Source: Diplonema japonicum (taxonomy: Eukaryota; Protista; Euglenozoa: Diplonemea). From it: DNA of 64,000 nt. Location of the stretch: positions 126,740 through 190,739 of the forward strand of contig OZ025762.1 in assembly GCA_964019335.1 (NCBI GenBank), in the 5' to 3' direction. The position numbers and the translations under genes are program-made. The notes beneath the pieces were generated by a model. It was not told the origin of the DNA. It did not search any database and worked only from the letters and a program-made list of their open reading frames with translations. How positions within the stretch are numbered: the first letter of the stretch is position 1; every line of letters begins with the position of its first letter. This document shows positions 54,143-64,000 of the stretch, in pieces.

Positions 54143-57100
54143 TCAACTCTCGTTGTCCACACCCTCCCTCTCACCAGTGTCCTCCTTCCCTTGAACAGGA
54201 AGCTGCGAGTCTGCAATGCAGCAAGCAGCGGCGAGCATCAAGATGTTGCTGATCGATGCCAATATACCACCAGCAGCGGCTGCAATCAGACCATCTTTCA
54301 TGCTATTGGACGCATTGTCAGAACACCCAAGATGCCCGCACCCAGCACCATCAGACAGGAGCTCCTCGACAGTAAGGTAGTGGTGAGTGGCAAGCTCCGC
54401 CAAAGGCAAGGCGAGGACAGCCATCCCAGCAAGAAATGTGACCCCTGTAGGCTTCCCTTTGAACAAGGTGTACAGCACCCCACCAACCCCGGGAAGAAGC
54501 TGTGAACAAGCATACACCCAGACCCTGTCATGGTGGACACGGAACCCATCCCCTGTACCGTCGGAGGCCTCCTTGTAGAACATGGAATATCCCGTGACCA
54601 TGAGGACAGAGCTGATCAACAATAAAGCACCACACACAGCAATTATCTTGCCCGGTATGCCGTGGGCTGACACCATACCGGTTCCTTGTCTGTCTTTACC
54701 TATCTTCGTCACAGACAGTATTATCCCAAAGGTTGTAAGGGATATGGCTGACACGGACGTAGCCGCCACCGCTCCCTTCAATGCGTCCACCCGTGCGGGA
54801 TTCCTTGGAATGACATAAGGCAGCCCGTGGTACGGTAGCAATTGTACCGGTGGCCTGGAAAACGGTCGTTTCCCTTGGCAAGGATTGCCCTCAATGATGT
54901 ACCCGCCGGTCTCGATGTCGTCTGTCGCACATTCCCCTTCAGAGGTGGTTGAGGTCGTTGCGTTGGCATCGCACCCTATTTGCAAGGTTTGCGACGAGTC
55001 CGTACACTTTACACTTCCTTTGATCGCGATGAGTGCGTATGACTTGAAGTCGCCTGTCGTGGGGGTTAGGTAGCCGCATGTCTCAAGAGGTGCCTTGTAC
55101 GTCATCATCCTCGACACGCACTCTGCTTTTCTCGATGTGTGCAGTTGCACTGCCGCCACTTGCGGTGCTTGTTGATTCATGAACTTTTTTGGGTCAGTCT
55201 TCCAGTTCACCATGTAGCTGCCGTAGACCCAGTCCCCCAAACTGCTCAAGGAATCGTCCTTCCCGCACCTGACGTGCAGCCCACCCACCGCGTTGCACTT
55301 AATTAAGTGGTACGGCCCTTCATAGTGGTACAGCAGCTCCACGTACCTGTTGGAGGGGAGACGGGTTGCGATGAGGTCTCTCAGTGTTGAGATTTCCTCT
55401 TTGGAGGGTTGCCTCTCGAAGCCGTCCGCGAAATAGAGGTACTCGAAGTCAAGGTCCCCGTAAAGGGGAGGGTAGTTGGGATGCGTTGGGACTGTGCTTG
55501 TGCAGGCCTGGTTCTCCCTTCCGAACCCCGACCGGTATGCCTCGCAGACCACAGGCACACATGTCCCGAACATGTTGATCGAGAATTTAGCCCCAGGTAG
55601 GACACAGTCGCTGCTTGTGTACATTAAGGTCTTGAAGAAATTGGGTCCGTCCGGTGCCGGGACCGGCGCCTCGTTCACCGCTGCCCCCCTGTTCCCTGGG
55701 AACGGGGTTGGGGCCCTCCTCTTGATGCCAAACACGTCCTCTATCCCGTTGCTGATGATGTGGCCCGGGAGCCGGGTGTGCGTTCCCTGAAACAACCCCC
55801 TGTCGTCCACAAGGTACCCGTTGGTAACCATGATCCGCACTATGATGGTCAGCTCGAAGCCGCCGGTGCCGCAGAGGGAAGCCTCTTCCATGTCCCCCAA
55901 GGAGACTGGGGATGGGGATGGTGATGGGGATGTGGATGTGACTGACATCGCAGCCTGCACAGAGGAGAGGAACAGGGAGCGGATAGTGCTGTTGGTGCGG
56001 TAGGCCAAGCAGTTGCCCTCCGTAAAAGACATGACCATCGTCACTTCCTGCTTGATGTTGTTCTTCTCGAAAGTGAGCAGCGTGTTGTTGTAACACTCGT
56101 GCACGACCATCGCCCTGCCAGACCCTTTGTTCCAGTCGCCGACCCCGAAGTCGGCTGACGCGCACACGCATTCTCTGTTAACGCAGACTGCGAAGGGATC
56201 GCGGGTCGCGTCATCGGGTCTTCCCTTGTCACTGCCCTCCCTGCAGTGGTCGTCACGGGAACACCAAAAGATAAGGTTGCTGTCAAACACATCAAGTACC
56301 CCTGCCCGACGACGGGATGGGGTCTCACTTACATGGCCGCCGTCCATTGTAGGGTTTGTCAAGTTGCACACACCAGACCCATGCTCATACATGTTTATCA
56401 ATGCGGTGGTTTCTTCAATAACGATGGGTGAGTGGGCCATGGATATGAAGGACACGGCGATGGCGATGCCGTGGTACGAGCGGCGTTTACCAGTTCCTAT
56501 AAGGATCATGCTGGCGAGTGGTGCAAGTACCTGGAAAACGCTCAACCAGATGAGGAGGTTGGTACCACTGGCATACCATCCGTCTTGCGGGTCAGGGAGG
56601 TCCGACCTCGTGTCAGAAACTGTCTTCGCGATGCTGACCAGCGAGAACACCGCAAGGCAGAACGACACACCGGAAAGCACGAAACACAAGCTGTCGAAGC
56701 CGGTTTGGTGCTCCTCGCAGTAATCACGGATCCGTTCGGGGATACCCTTTGAAGGAGGTGCTCCGTTGGCGAGACACTCCTCCACATACTGCTCACGTGC
56801 CATCGACTTCACATCAACATCAGGATCGTCACGGAAAAGGGCAAGAAAACATGTTACAATGAACAACAAGCACAGAGCCGCGATGGTGAAACCAAAGAAT
56901 GCATCTGTAAGGGTGGTGGAGAGGTAATAATCAATGCGTTGGGCTGTCGACACTGTCCTCACGAGCTGCGAAATACACACGCAAGCGATCATGACTATCA
57001 GCATCCTGTCAAACGACCAGTACGACCGAGGCCTGTAGGCAGACTTCACCATCTCAAAGCCCACAACCACGTAGACAGCCATGTACCACCACACCATGCT

Positions 57101-57403
57101 GTCCCTGCTCTTCTCGTAGCTTTCCCCGCACCAGTTGTCCATGCTCTCCCCCCACACCCCGCCCCACACCCCCAGTAGTGCCAGTCCAACTGCCATCACT
57201 GTCAGCCCGCCGTACATCTTTACAGACCACACTGCAGTCCCTTTCCAGAACTCTTTTTGAAGCTGCTGCTCGTGGGAATGGTTGTCATGTTCCAGCTTCT
57301 CGTCCACCGGTTCTGTGTTCTTAACAGGCATTTGTTGTGCGCTTTGCTGCTGCTGGAACTCTTGGGAATTGTCCAGTTCCGGCCTCGTCTTCTTATCCGG
57401 CAT
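54143..57403 (-). CDS. Large multi-pass membrane protein with central Cys-rich extracellular region (unknown function)
   Basis: 1086 aa: about 7 N-terminal hydrophobic segments, a ~540-aa Cys-rich loop, and about 5 C-terminal hydrophobic segments. Confidence 0.85.
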   Translation of the reverse strand: MPDKKTRPELDNSQEFQQQQSAQQMPVKNTEPVDEKLEHDNHSHEQQLQKEFWKGTAVWSVKMYGGLTVMAVGLALLGVWGGVWGESMDNWCGESYEKSRDSMVWWYMAVYVVVGFEMVKSAYRPRSYWSFDRMLIVMIACVCISQLVRTVSTAQRIDYYLSTTLTDAFFGFTIAALCLLFIVTCFLALFRDDPDVDVKSMAREQYVEECLANGAPPSKGIPERIRDYCEEHQTGFDSLCFVLSGVSFCLAVFSLVSIAKTVSDTRSDLPDPQDGWYASGTNLLIWLSVFQVLAPLASMILIGTGKRRSYHGIAIAVSFISMAHSPIVIEETTALINMYEHGSGVCNLTNPTMDGGHVSETPSRRRAGVLDVFDSNLIFWCSRDDHCREGSDKGRPDDATRDPFAVCVNRECVCASADFGVGDWNKGSGRAMVVHECYNNTLLTFEKNNIKQEVTMVMSFTEGNCLAYRTNSTIRSLFLSSVQAAMSVTSTSPSPSPSPVSLGDMEEASLCGTGGFELTIIVRIMVTNGYLVDDRGLFQGTHTRLPGHIISNGIEDVFGIKRRAPTPFPGNRGAAVNEAPVPAPDGPNFFKTLMYTSSDCVLPGAKFSINMFGTCVPVVCEAYRSGFGRENQACTSTVPTHPNYPPLYGDLDFEYLYFADGFERQPSKEEISTLRDLIATRLPSNRYVELLYHYEGPYHLIKCNAVGGLHVRCGKDDSLSSLGDWVYGSYMVNWKTDPKKFMNQQAPQVAAVQLHTSRKAECVSRMMTYKAPLETCGYLTPTTGDFKSYALIAIKGSVKCTDSSQTLQIGCDANATTSTTSEGECATDDIETGGYIIEGNPCQGKRPFSRPPVQLLPYHGLPYVIPRNPARVDALKGAVAATSVSAISLTTFGIILSVTKIGKDRQGTGMVSAHGIPGKIIAVCGALLLISSVLMVTGYSMFYKEASDGTGDGFRVHHDRVWVYACSQLLPGVGGVLYTLFKGKPTGVTFLAGMAVLALPLAELATHHYLTVEELLSDGAGCGHLGCSDNASNSMKDGLIAAAAGGILASISNILMLAAACCIADSQLPVQGKEDTGEREGVDNES

Positions 57404-57577
57404 TTGTACGTTGAGCGCGTATCAATTTCTTTTATTCTATTATTGTATACCTTTTTCGAGGGGTGGGGATAGGGAGACAACAACAACAACAACACACAAG
57501 AAATAGCAGAACGTTTCTTTTATATGAAACAGTTAAAAAAAAAAAAAAAAGAAGATTCAGAAGAATATAAATAAGAT

Positions 57578-57860
57578 AAAACTCAAAGGACAGGACAAGC
57601 CCCCCCGCTAGAGGGCCGCCCTACGGGGGGGAGGGGGGGCCCGACGGCACACGGCTACAACAGGAGACCACTCTTCTCCTCGAGCCAAACAACCCTTACC
57701 TTACACGACTCCATGTAATGTTCCTCGCCCAGATGCCGTCCATCTCATCGCGACAAACAGCCACCGCAGGCACCAGACAGCAACCGCAGAACGGTGACCG
57801 ATTAGTGTGAATTTCCTCTTGAACAGTGAGCACCCCCATGCACACTGAAACTTTATCGAA
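57578..57860. mobile_element. Chimeric retro-insert: family B2 3' tail (minus, 57578-57639) joined to family C 3' end (plus, 57636-57850)
   Basis: aaactcaaag.acaggacaagccccc..gcta matches 48201-48230. 57636-57850 is the reverse complement of ~31308-31525. Confidence 0.85.
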
Positions 57861-57967
57861 TTTTTTTTTTTTACCTTAGAAAAAACTTTCTTTAGAAACT
57901 TTTTTTTTTTTTTTTACCACTTTTACCTACGTTTTTATTGTCACCAAAAATAGCTATTTACTGCCAA

Positions 57968-58075
57968 CAAGTAATGACTTTACCGTTACTTCGAGGTTCC
58001 GCATTTTACCGTCGAGGGCCCGCAGGGCCCGAGATGGTAAAATGCGGAACCGAGAGGTCGGTAAAGCATTACTTG
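57968..58075. repeat. Long imperfect palindrome (hairpin)
   Basis: Perfect 16-bp arms GGTTCCGCATTTTACC (57995-58010) / GGTAAAATGCGGAACC (58036-58051). Outer CAAGTAATG/CATTACTTG and CTTTACCG/CGGTAAAG, inner GGGCCC/GGGCCC. Confidence 0.9.
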
Positions 58076-58090
58076 GCGGTAGGTAAGTGG

Positions 58091-58685
58091 TTTTATTTCA
58101 CGACACTCTGAAATTACTTCACACCACGAGGGGCACAACGGGGTGACAAGGGGTACAACAAGAGAGGGGTTACAAAGGTTACAATACAAGTTGTTTTCCC
58201 TCCTTTTGTTGACTAAGAGCTGCCGCTGCCGCTGGCATTGCCACTGTCACCATCTCTAATCAGGCCTTCCCATACCTGGCGCGGCCGCTGGCTCCTTTTT
58301 TTCTGCTGCTTCGGTATTTTGAAGTCTTTTGGGAAGCTTAGGTAAGCTGACTAAGTTACCCTTACAAGAGTTACCCCCAGAAACTGGGAACAAGGCCTAG
58401 CCAAAAGTGGGCAAATTGGGTGGGAAAAGTAGTCCAACTTGAACTGAGCCGAGGCAAAAGTTGGTCAATTGAGCTGAACCTGGGGGGAAATAGCAAACTG
58501 AGAGGAAAAAGTAGCCCCACTGGGAACCGAACCGAGGCAAAAATTGGCCTACCGAGGCATATTATTTAACGGAAACCCCCTACTTCACGGAAAACAGGCC
58601 ATTATTTCACCGTGAAGTAATGAGATTTAGCGTGAAGTAATGGGCCCCCCAGTGCGTGAAGTAATTTCTGAAGAGTGAAATAAAA
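58091..58685. mobile_element. Degenerate TIR element (MITE-like)
   Basis: ttttatttcac...gaaattacttcac at the left vs gtgaagtaatttc...gtgaaataaaa at the right. Subterminal GTGAAGTAAT x3 and internal ccgaggcaaaa repeats. The left end recurs at ~41024-41048. Confidence 0.6.
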
Positions 58686-58877
58686 AAAAAAAAATGCTTT
58701 ATTTGCTCCTTGGGAACTCGATTCTTTTTTTTTTTTTTTGTTCTTTCTCTTTTTTAGAAAGAACTGGCCCAAAAGGGCGTCATTCTTTTTTTTTTTTTCA
58801 ATAAATAAATATACTAAAAAGAAAGAGGGAAAAAAGAAGAAGAAAAAAATACAAAATTATTTTCCATTTCTTTTTTT

Positions 58878-58916
58878 AGGCGTCCTGTCACATACCGCAG
58901 GTACCCTTAAATGTCT
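58878..58916 (+). repeat. 39-bp dispersed micro-element (copy 2)
   Basis: AGGCGTCCTGTCACATACCGCAGGTACCCTTAAATGTCT between T runs. Inverted copy at 26619-26657. Confidence 0.85.
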
Positions 58917-59728
58917 TTTTTTTTTCTTTTTTTTTTCCGGTCCGGTCTTCTTCATTTTTTGTCCTCTTTGCTACACTTTTACTTAACGCACACCAGGTGT
59001 TGGGTTGGTTGTGTAACGACAAACATACCCTTTTTTTTAAAAATATGACGAACGTCTTTGAGATTCGGCGAGAACAGGATCTAGAGGCGGGATGGCATAA
59101 AACAGACAAGCAGCGCGGGAGAGCTTAAAAAGAAAGAAGCTGGACAAGGGCCTTCGCACCTTTAAACAACTAACCACCACCTCCGAACCCACTGCCACGT
59201 GGGCCCTTGCTGATGTGGCACCTACCTTTTCGTCAAACAATGCTTGCGACTTGTGCTTTGTTCGCACTTATACCGCTTGTTGCTGCAGTTAAGAAGTGAG
59301 AAGTGAGAAGACCCTTTCCCCTACTTCCCCTACATACATCCCCCCCCCCCCCCCCCCCCCCTTTCCATTCTCTTCTTTTCACTAGCTCTCTTGCTAATGA
59401 CCAGCGGCCCCTTTGTTAGCAGGAAGAAAAGCTACTGGAAGAATAGGTGAAAAAACTGGGGGTTGGTTGGGGGACTGGAAGAAATGAATGAGGTGGTTGT
59501 GTGTGTATGTGTGGGGGGGGGGGGGGGGGGGATGGACTGTATCAATAGCTAATCAACTCTATTATAGAGTGATAACGGATGGAGGGAGAGAGAAAGAAAA
59601 AAAAAAAAGAAGGAAAAAAAAGTACTGTATAAAAGCACTCCTGGGCAGGTGGGTCCCTCTTCACCCAGGCGTGCGTTTCCAGTGCTAAGCCCAATGAAGA
59701 AAAAAAAAAAAGAGAAAACGAAAAAAAA

Positions 59729-62700
59729 GGCGATGTTTAAGGGCAAATCCCACTCGAGGACCACCCTTAGGGGGGGTGGGGGTCTATCTCTTGATGCTTC
59801 CTTTTTGGAGCCTCGCTTTCGTTCCGATGGCGGATACCAGTGTCTTTCGCAGACGGTTGATGCGGTCCTTCTTCAGGTTGGTCTTCAGCTCTCTTAGCCT
59901 GTCCTGGGTTTCTCGTGAGGCGAAGATCGGTCTCCTTGCAAAGCCTATCGCCGCCTTCCCTCCTATTGCCATGAGGGACTTCACTCTCGTTTTGTTCTTC
60001 GCCGGGAAAGGCCTTTTCCTTCCTTGTAATGCGCACCTGTCGTTCACCTTTTGGATCAGTTTCTTGATCCTTCGCGCCTTTTCATCCTGCGTCATTCCCA
60101 GCGATCTTCGTGTCGTCGCTTCGAAGTCTAGGGCTAACTCCACCGCCGTCACCTCCGACGTCGTGTCTTCTTTAACCCATCTTAGCTCCGACATCCATTT
60201 CAACAGCGACTCCGCGTACATCCGCAGTATCCCACTTGTCGTCCCGAGCTGTTCCAACGTCGGCGTCAAGTGCTTTACTCCTACCACTTTCCGTTCCCAC
60301 GGCAGTTCTCCTCCAAAATCCTCCACTTGGATCAGTTCTTCATCTCGTTTTGCTACTATCATCGCCAGGTACCTCTGCAATCTCCAGGTGTGCAAATCCG
60401 TGCCCCCTCGGCAAGATCCCGTGCAGTTCCAGGCAGAGAGGCCAGCCCGACCTGTCGCGTAGCGGTTCCAACCCGTCCCTCGCCAGCTCTTCCAGCGCAA
60501 GTGGGCATTCGTACAGCTGGTGCCGTAGCAGCGTCACTGTGTTCTGGTGTACTGCTGTGCATATGTCGCATCTATAATTCTGAGGAAGCATTGTCTCTCC
60601 GGGTGGTCTCCCGTCCTCTCTTTTCAAGTCATCATTGTCCGGTTCCTCTTCCTCACTTGCCGGGTCGAGCGGAACGGTTTTCGGTCCCGCACTGGCGTGT
60701 GGGCTTATGTAGGGGACTGCTCCTGCTATGATCCTCCTGATCTGGTAGGCTATCACCGGATCCCTCTCCTCCTTCCACAGCCTATTCGTTTCAGGGTCAG
60801 CCCCAGCCTCGAGTCCTCGTACCGTGCTCCTTTCCTTCGTGAGGTCCCCGCACCGGGCCTTCCTCACAGCTTCCCTGAAGACGTGTCCTCTTTCTGGCCA
60901 TCCCATGTTCTTGCAGTCCGTCAATCGGCTCCAGCTCCATCCGATGTACGGCAGCCATCTTTTCAGGTTCCCAACCGGACCTCTTGGCGCCCCCCCTTCC
61001 ACGTAGCGTTCTGCTATTTTCTGCAACCTTTGTCGCAGTCCTTCCTTTTCCATGCCCTCGGATATCATTTTGAGGGACCGGTACGCCACTAATGAGGTAG
61101 GGTCGTTGGTGTGTCCCTTCAGCAGGACTGCATTCACAGCAATAGGCGAGCGGCCACGGTGGTGGGGGCCCCATAGGCATACTGTGATCCTCGTCGTCAA
61201 TTTCTTGATCGTTTCCTTATTCGGCGGTGAGAAGGGGCTCGCGTATAAGCAGGAGGGCAGTATCGACGAGCTCACAAAGTGCGCTTTGGTTTCGAAGGCC
61301 AGGTTCGTGTTCCCCAGTCTATCCAGGGACCCGAATGCTTTGGTCGATGGGGCGTTCCATGTCGTTCCTGCTTCCATGCTCAGCTGCACCCCGAGTGCCT
61401 TCAGGCTCTTTACCGTTTTGTACGGCACTGTGACCTCAACGCCCTTCCGGCTCTCCTTTCTGTTCCCCAAGACCTCGGATTTGAACCCTCTCGCCGTGCC
61501 GAAGGCAACGGTCTTTGTGTCGTTCAGCTTCATGTCTGTTAGGGTGCAGAACTCCAGTGCGCCATCTATCCCTGCCTGCAGAATCGAGCGGAGCTTCGCC
61601 AGGAGGTATGCATCGTCCGCGTAGGCTACAACGTCCACCCCCGCTGCCTCCATCGTCTTGATCATCACAGAAAGCAGCGCGTTGATGATGATCACCGACA
61701 ATGGGCAGCCCTGGAGGATGCCGTTGGTTGCCTCGAACGGGTCGCCCACTCGAACTTAAACCTCCTTGAAATCTGGTTGTACATCCCTTGGAGTGCTCTC
61801 CTTATTGGTTCTGCCAGGCCCATTGCACTCATCAGGTCCAGTGATAGTCTCTGCGGTACCATGTCGAAGCACTTGCTGAAGTCAAGGGCTATTCCTTGGA
61901 GTGGTTCTCCCTCGACTAGTGCTAGTTCCAACTTTGTACAGAGTTCCATCAGAGCTGAAGTCGTGCTCTGCTTAGGCCTGAATCCGTGCTGATTTGGCGT
62001 GATCCACCGCTCTTGCCAGCCTAGCACCTGCTTCAGTCTCGCGCTTGCCCACAGCCGGTAGATGGTGCTGGTCACCGTGATTGGCCGGTGGTTTAGGGGT
62101 GCCGACCCCTCCCCTTTCGGTGTGAGCGTTACCAGGGCTGTTGTGATCTGCTCCGGCCATTGTCCTGTTCTCTCAACGAGGTTGAAGAGATCCGCGAATC
62201 CGCTGAGGATGGGCTTCGGCAGTCGCTTCAGCTCGCTGATGCGCCATCCATCCACTCCGCACGCTCCTTTGTCAGGCTTTTTCCTGACTACCTCTTTCAG
62301 GAGGTCAGCGTCTATCGCGCTCTGCGGCATTGGTTTTTCCCCGATGAAGTTTGCGTATTTCTTTCTGAACGTTTCGAATTGTGGCTCATCCTTTGGTTCC
62401 CGTGCACAGAAAATCGCTGACCACGCCTTTCGCATCACCGCGTCCATTTCCCGCAGGTTTGCCGTCACTCCCTCCTCCGTGCTCACTGCTTCCGTTTTCT
62501 GTTCCGGGCTGTCCTTCACCCACGCTGTGTGCTTTCGCTCGTCCCCAAAGTCTGCGCGTATGGACCGCTCGTAAGCTTTTCTCTGGCACTCTTTCCGGTG
62601 GGCGATGAGTTCGGATCTCTCCCCTTCGACGAAGTCCCCCGCTATGTCTAGGTTCTCCCAGATTGCATCGAAACCCTCTGTCGCATCTATCTGGCAGTAT

Positions 62701-63574
62701 TCCACCTTGAGCGCCGCCCCCAGTTGCGAGATGTTCTTAAGGATGTTCCTCGTTTCCGTCGGCAGTGGGCCAGGTATCCCTCCTCCAGCTGAGCATGCAT
62801 CCTTTCTTTGGCGATCCCGATCTTCTTTTTGAGTTTCTCCAGTTGCATCTGTCTCGTCGGGATTGCCCCTCCAGCCTGGGTCGACGACCTCGCACTTAGT
62901 TCTGTCAGCACCGGTTTGCGGATGTTCCCTCTCCCTACAAACATCCCTCGCTGAGGTCCACCGTAGTTGTGCAGCAGGTATTTCTCCGCTATGCTTGAGA
63001 TTACCGAGAAAGCGTCTGTCGTCTTGCCTTCTTCTATCAGTTTCCGGAAGTTGGAGTTGTCCATGAGGTTCACTGCGGTCCCCGGCGGTGCCTTCTTCGT
63101 CTTCGGGATCTCTTGTGGTATGTTGTACCTCATGACGAGTTGTCGATATGCTGGGATGTTAAGCTTTAGTGACAGGCAGCGATGGTCTGATCCGAGCACC
63201 TCCTCCGTTATCCCGCAGTGTATCAGTCCTTGAGCCGCGATGTTGTTCAACAGGATCCGGTCGATCCTCGTGCCGCAATTGGACCTGACGAAGGTGTTCT
63301 CCGGCTCCTGTCCTCTCTTCTTGGCACAGAACTCAGCTGCATCCACCCAGTCTCTCTGGAGTGCCCTTCTCAGCGTCGGTGATCGTTCCTCGTCAGTGTT
63401 GAAGTCTCCGACCACCGCAACTGGTACCTCTCCCAGATCGAACCTCACGCGTTGCAGGATGTGGTGTAGTAGTTCCTCCCTGGCGTTCTTCATTACCGGG
63501 TCCTGCCCTGAGTGGCAGTACACGTTGATCACATGAAGCCACCTTTTTCCTGCATCCAGGGAAATCTTCACATG
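59729..63574 (-). mobile_element. Non-LTR retrotransposon family B1 (APE endonuclease + reverse transcriptase + CCHC-like finger), 5'-truncated, frameshifted
   Basis: APE motifs NVY, GDFN, IDRIL, SDH. RT motifs RPITV, QHGFR, LDFSKCFD, QGCPLS, YADD. C-terminal CDIC..H.LYEC. Frameshifts near 62800, 61750 and 60420. Confidence 0.95.
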
Positions 63575-63615
63575 AAAAAAAAAGAAAAACCCTAATTTTC
63601 CCATTTTCTTTATTA

Positions 63616-64000
63616 TTAATTAATCTTCTGAAGAATGTGTTTGAGAACCTCTGGGACGGATTCGAGGATCCAGTGGCCTTTGTCAGAGTGCTCGAGGTAC
63701 TCCGCTTCAATGGAGGAGCCCACGTGGCGCTGCTCCTCGATAGGGAGGAAGGGGTCATCGACTGAAGCAAATACGGTGCGGAAAGTAGTGTTGCGAACCT
63801 GCTCAGCAAACCTCCAGGGGTTGGACCCATCGGGGTGGGGGTAGTAGTTGGAAGCTAGCTCCGTCGCGTCACCAAGGTGAGTGTGGCACGCACCAACTAA
63901 AACTATTCCAAGCACTTTGTGCTGCTCAGCGTACCTCATTGCAGCTTCAGCCCCACTGCTATGGCCTACAATGATGGTGTCCTCACCTGCTTGAAGAACG
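63616..64000 (-). CDS. RBBP9: RBBP9/YdeN-family alpha/beta hydrolase, partial (5' end beyond window)
   Basis: The frame extends upstream as IIVGHSSGAEAAMRYAE (GxSxG nucleophile). SVDDPFLP and DKGH complete the triad pattern. Confidence 0.88.
   Translation of the reverse strand, partial: VLQAGEDTIIVGHSSGAEAAMRYAEQHKVLGIVLVGACHTHLGDATELASNYYPHPDGSNPWRFAEQVRNTTFRTVFASVDDPFLPIEEQRHVGSSIEAEYLEHSDKGHWILESVPEVLKHILQKIN

Noticed and set aside
60340-62830. Programmed frameshifting in the B1 retrotransposon
   Set aside because: Three shifts fall within or between conserved domains of a 5'-truncated copy, so decay or sequencing error is the simpler explanation.
1-64000. tRNA, rRNA and CRISPR arrays
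   Set aside because: No cloverleaf, rRNA motif or regularly spaced repeat-spacer array was seen by eye. A tRNAscan or Rfam run would be needed to exclude them fully.

Overview
Eukaryotic, gene-dense window. About 20 apparently intronless genes all lie on the minus strand, separated by A/T-homopolymer-rich spacers. This resembles a euglenozoan (diplonemid/kinetoplastid-like) directional gene cluster, but the taxon is an inference. Genes: three paralogous multi-pass membrane proteins showing gene conversion, an ABCA transporter, eight genes with an N-terminal ubiquitin-like (UBL) domain fused to ankyrin, LRR, TPR or other helical repeats, two secreted glycoside hydrolases, an LVIVD/WSC protein, a FASTK/RAP-like helical-repeat protein, a large membrane protein and a partial RBBP9-like hydrolase. 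The spacers hold many mobile elements: a 5'-truncated APE+RT non-LTR retrotransposon, several 3' fragments of related families, 39-60 bp micro-copies and two TIR elements. Main findings: (1) a ~520-bp non-coding insertion headed by an HDV-like ribozyme fold, with an empty-site duplicate next to it; (2) all retro-copies end in a short stem-loop plus oligo(T) rather than poly(A) and sit in T tracts; (3) the modular UBL-repeat repertoire. All alignments were done by eye, and no database searches were run.
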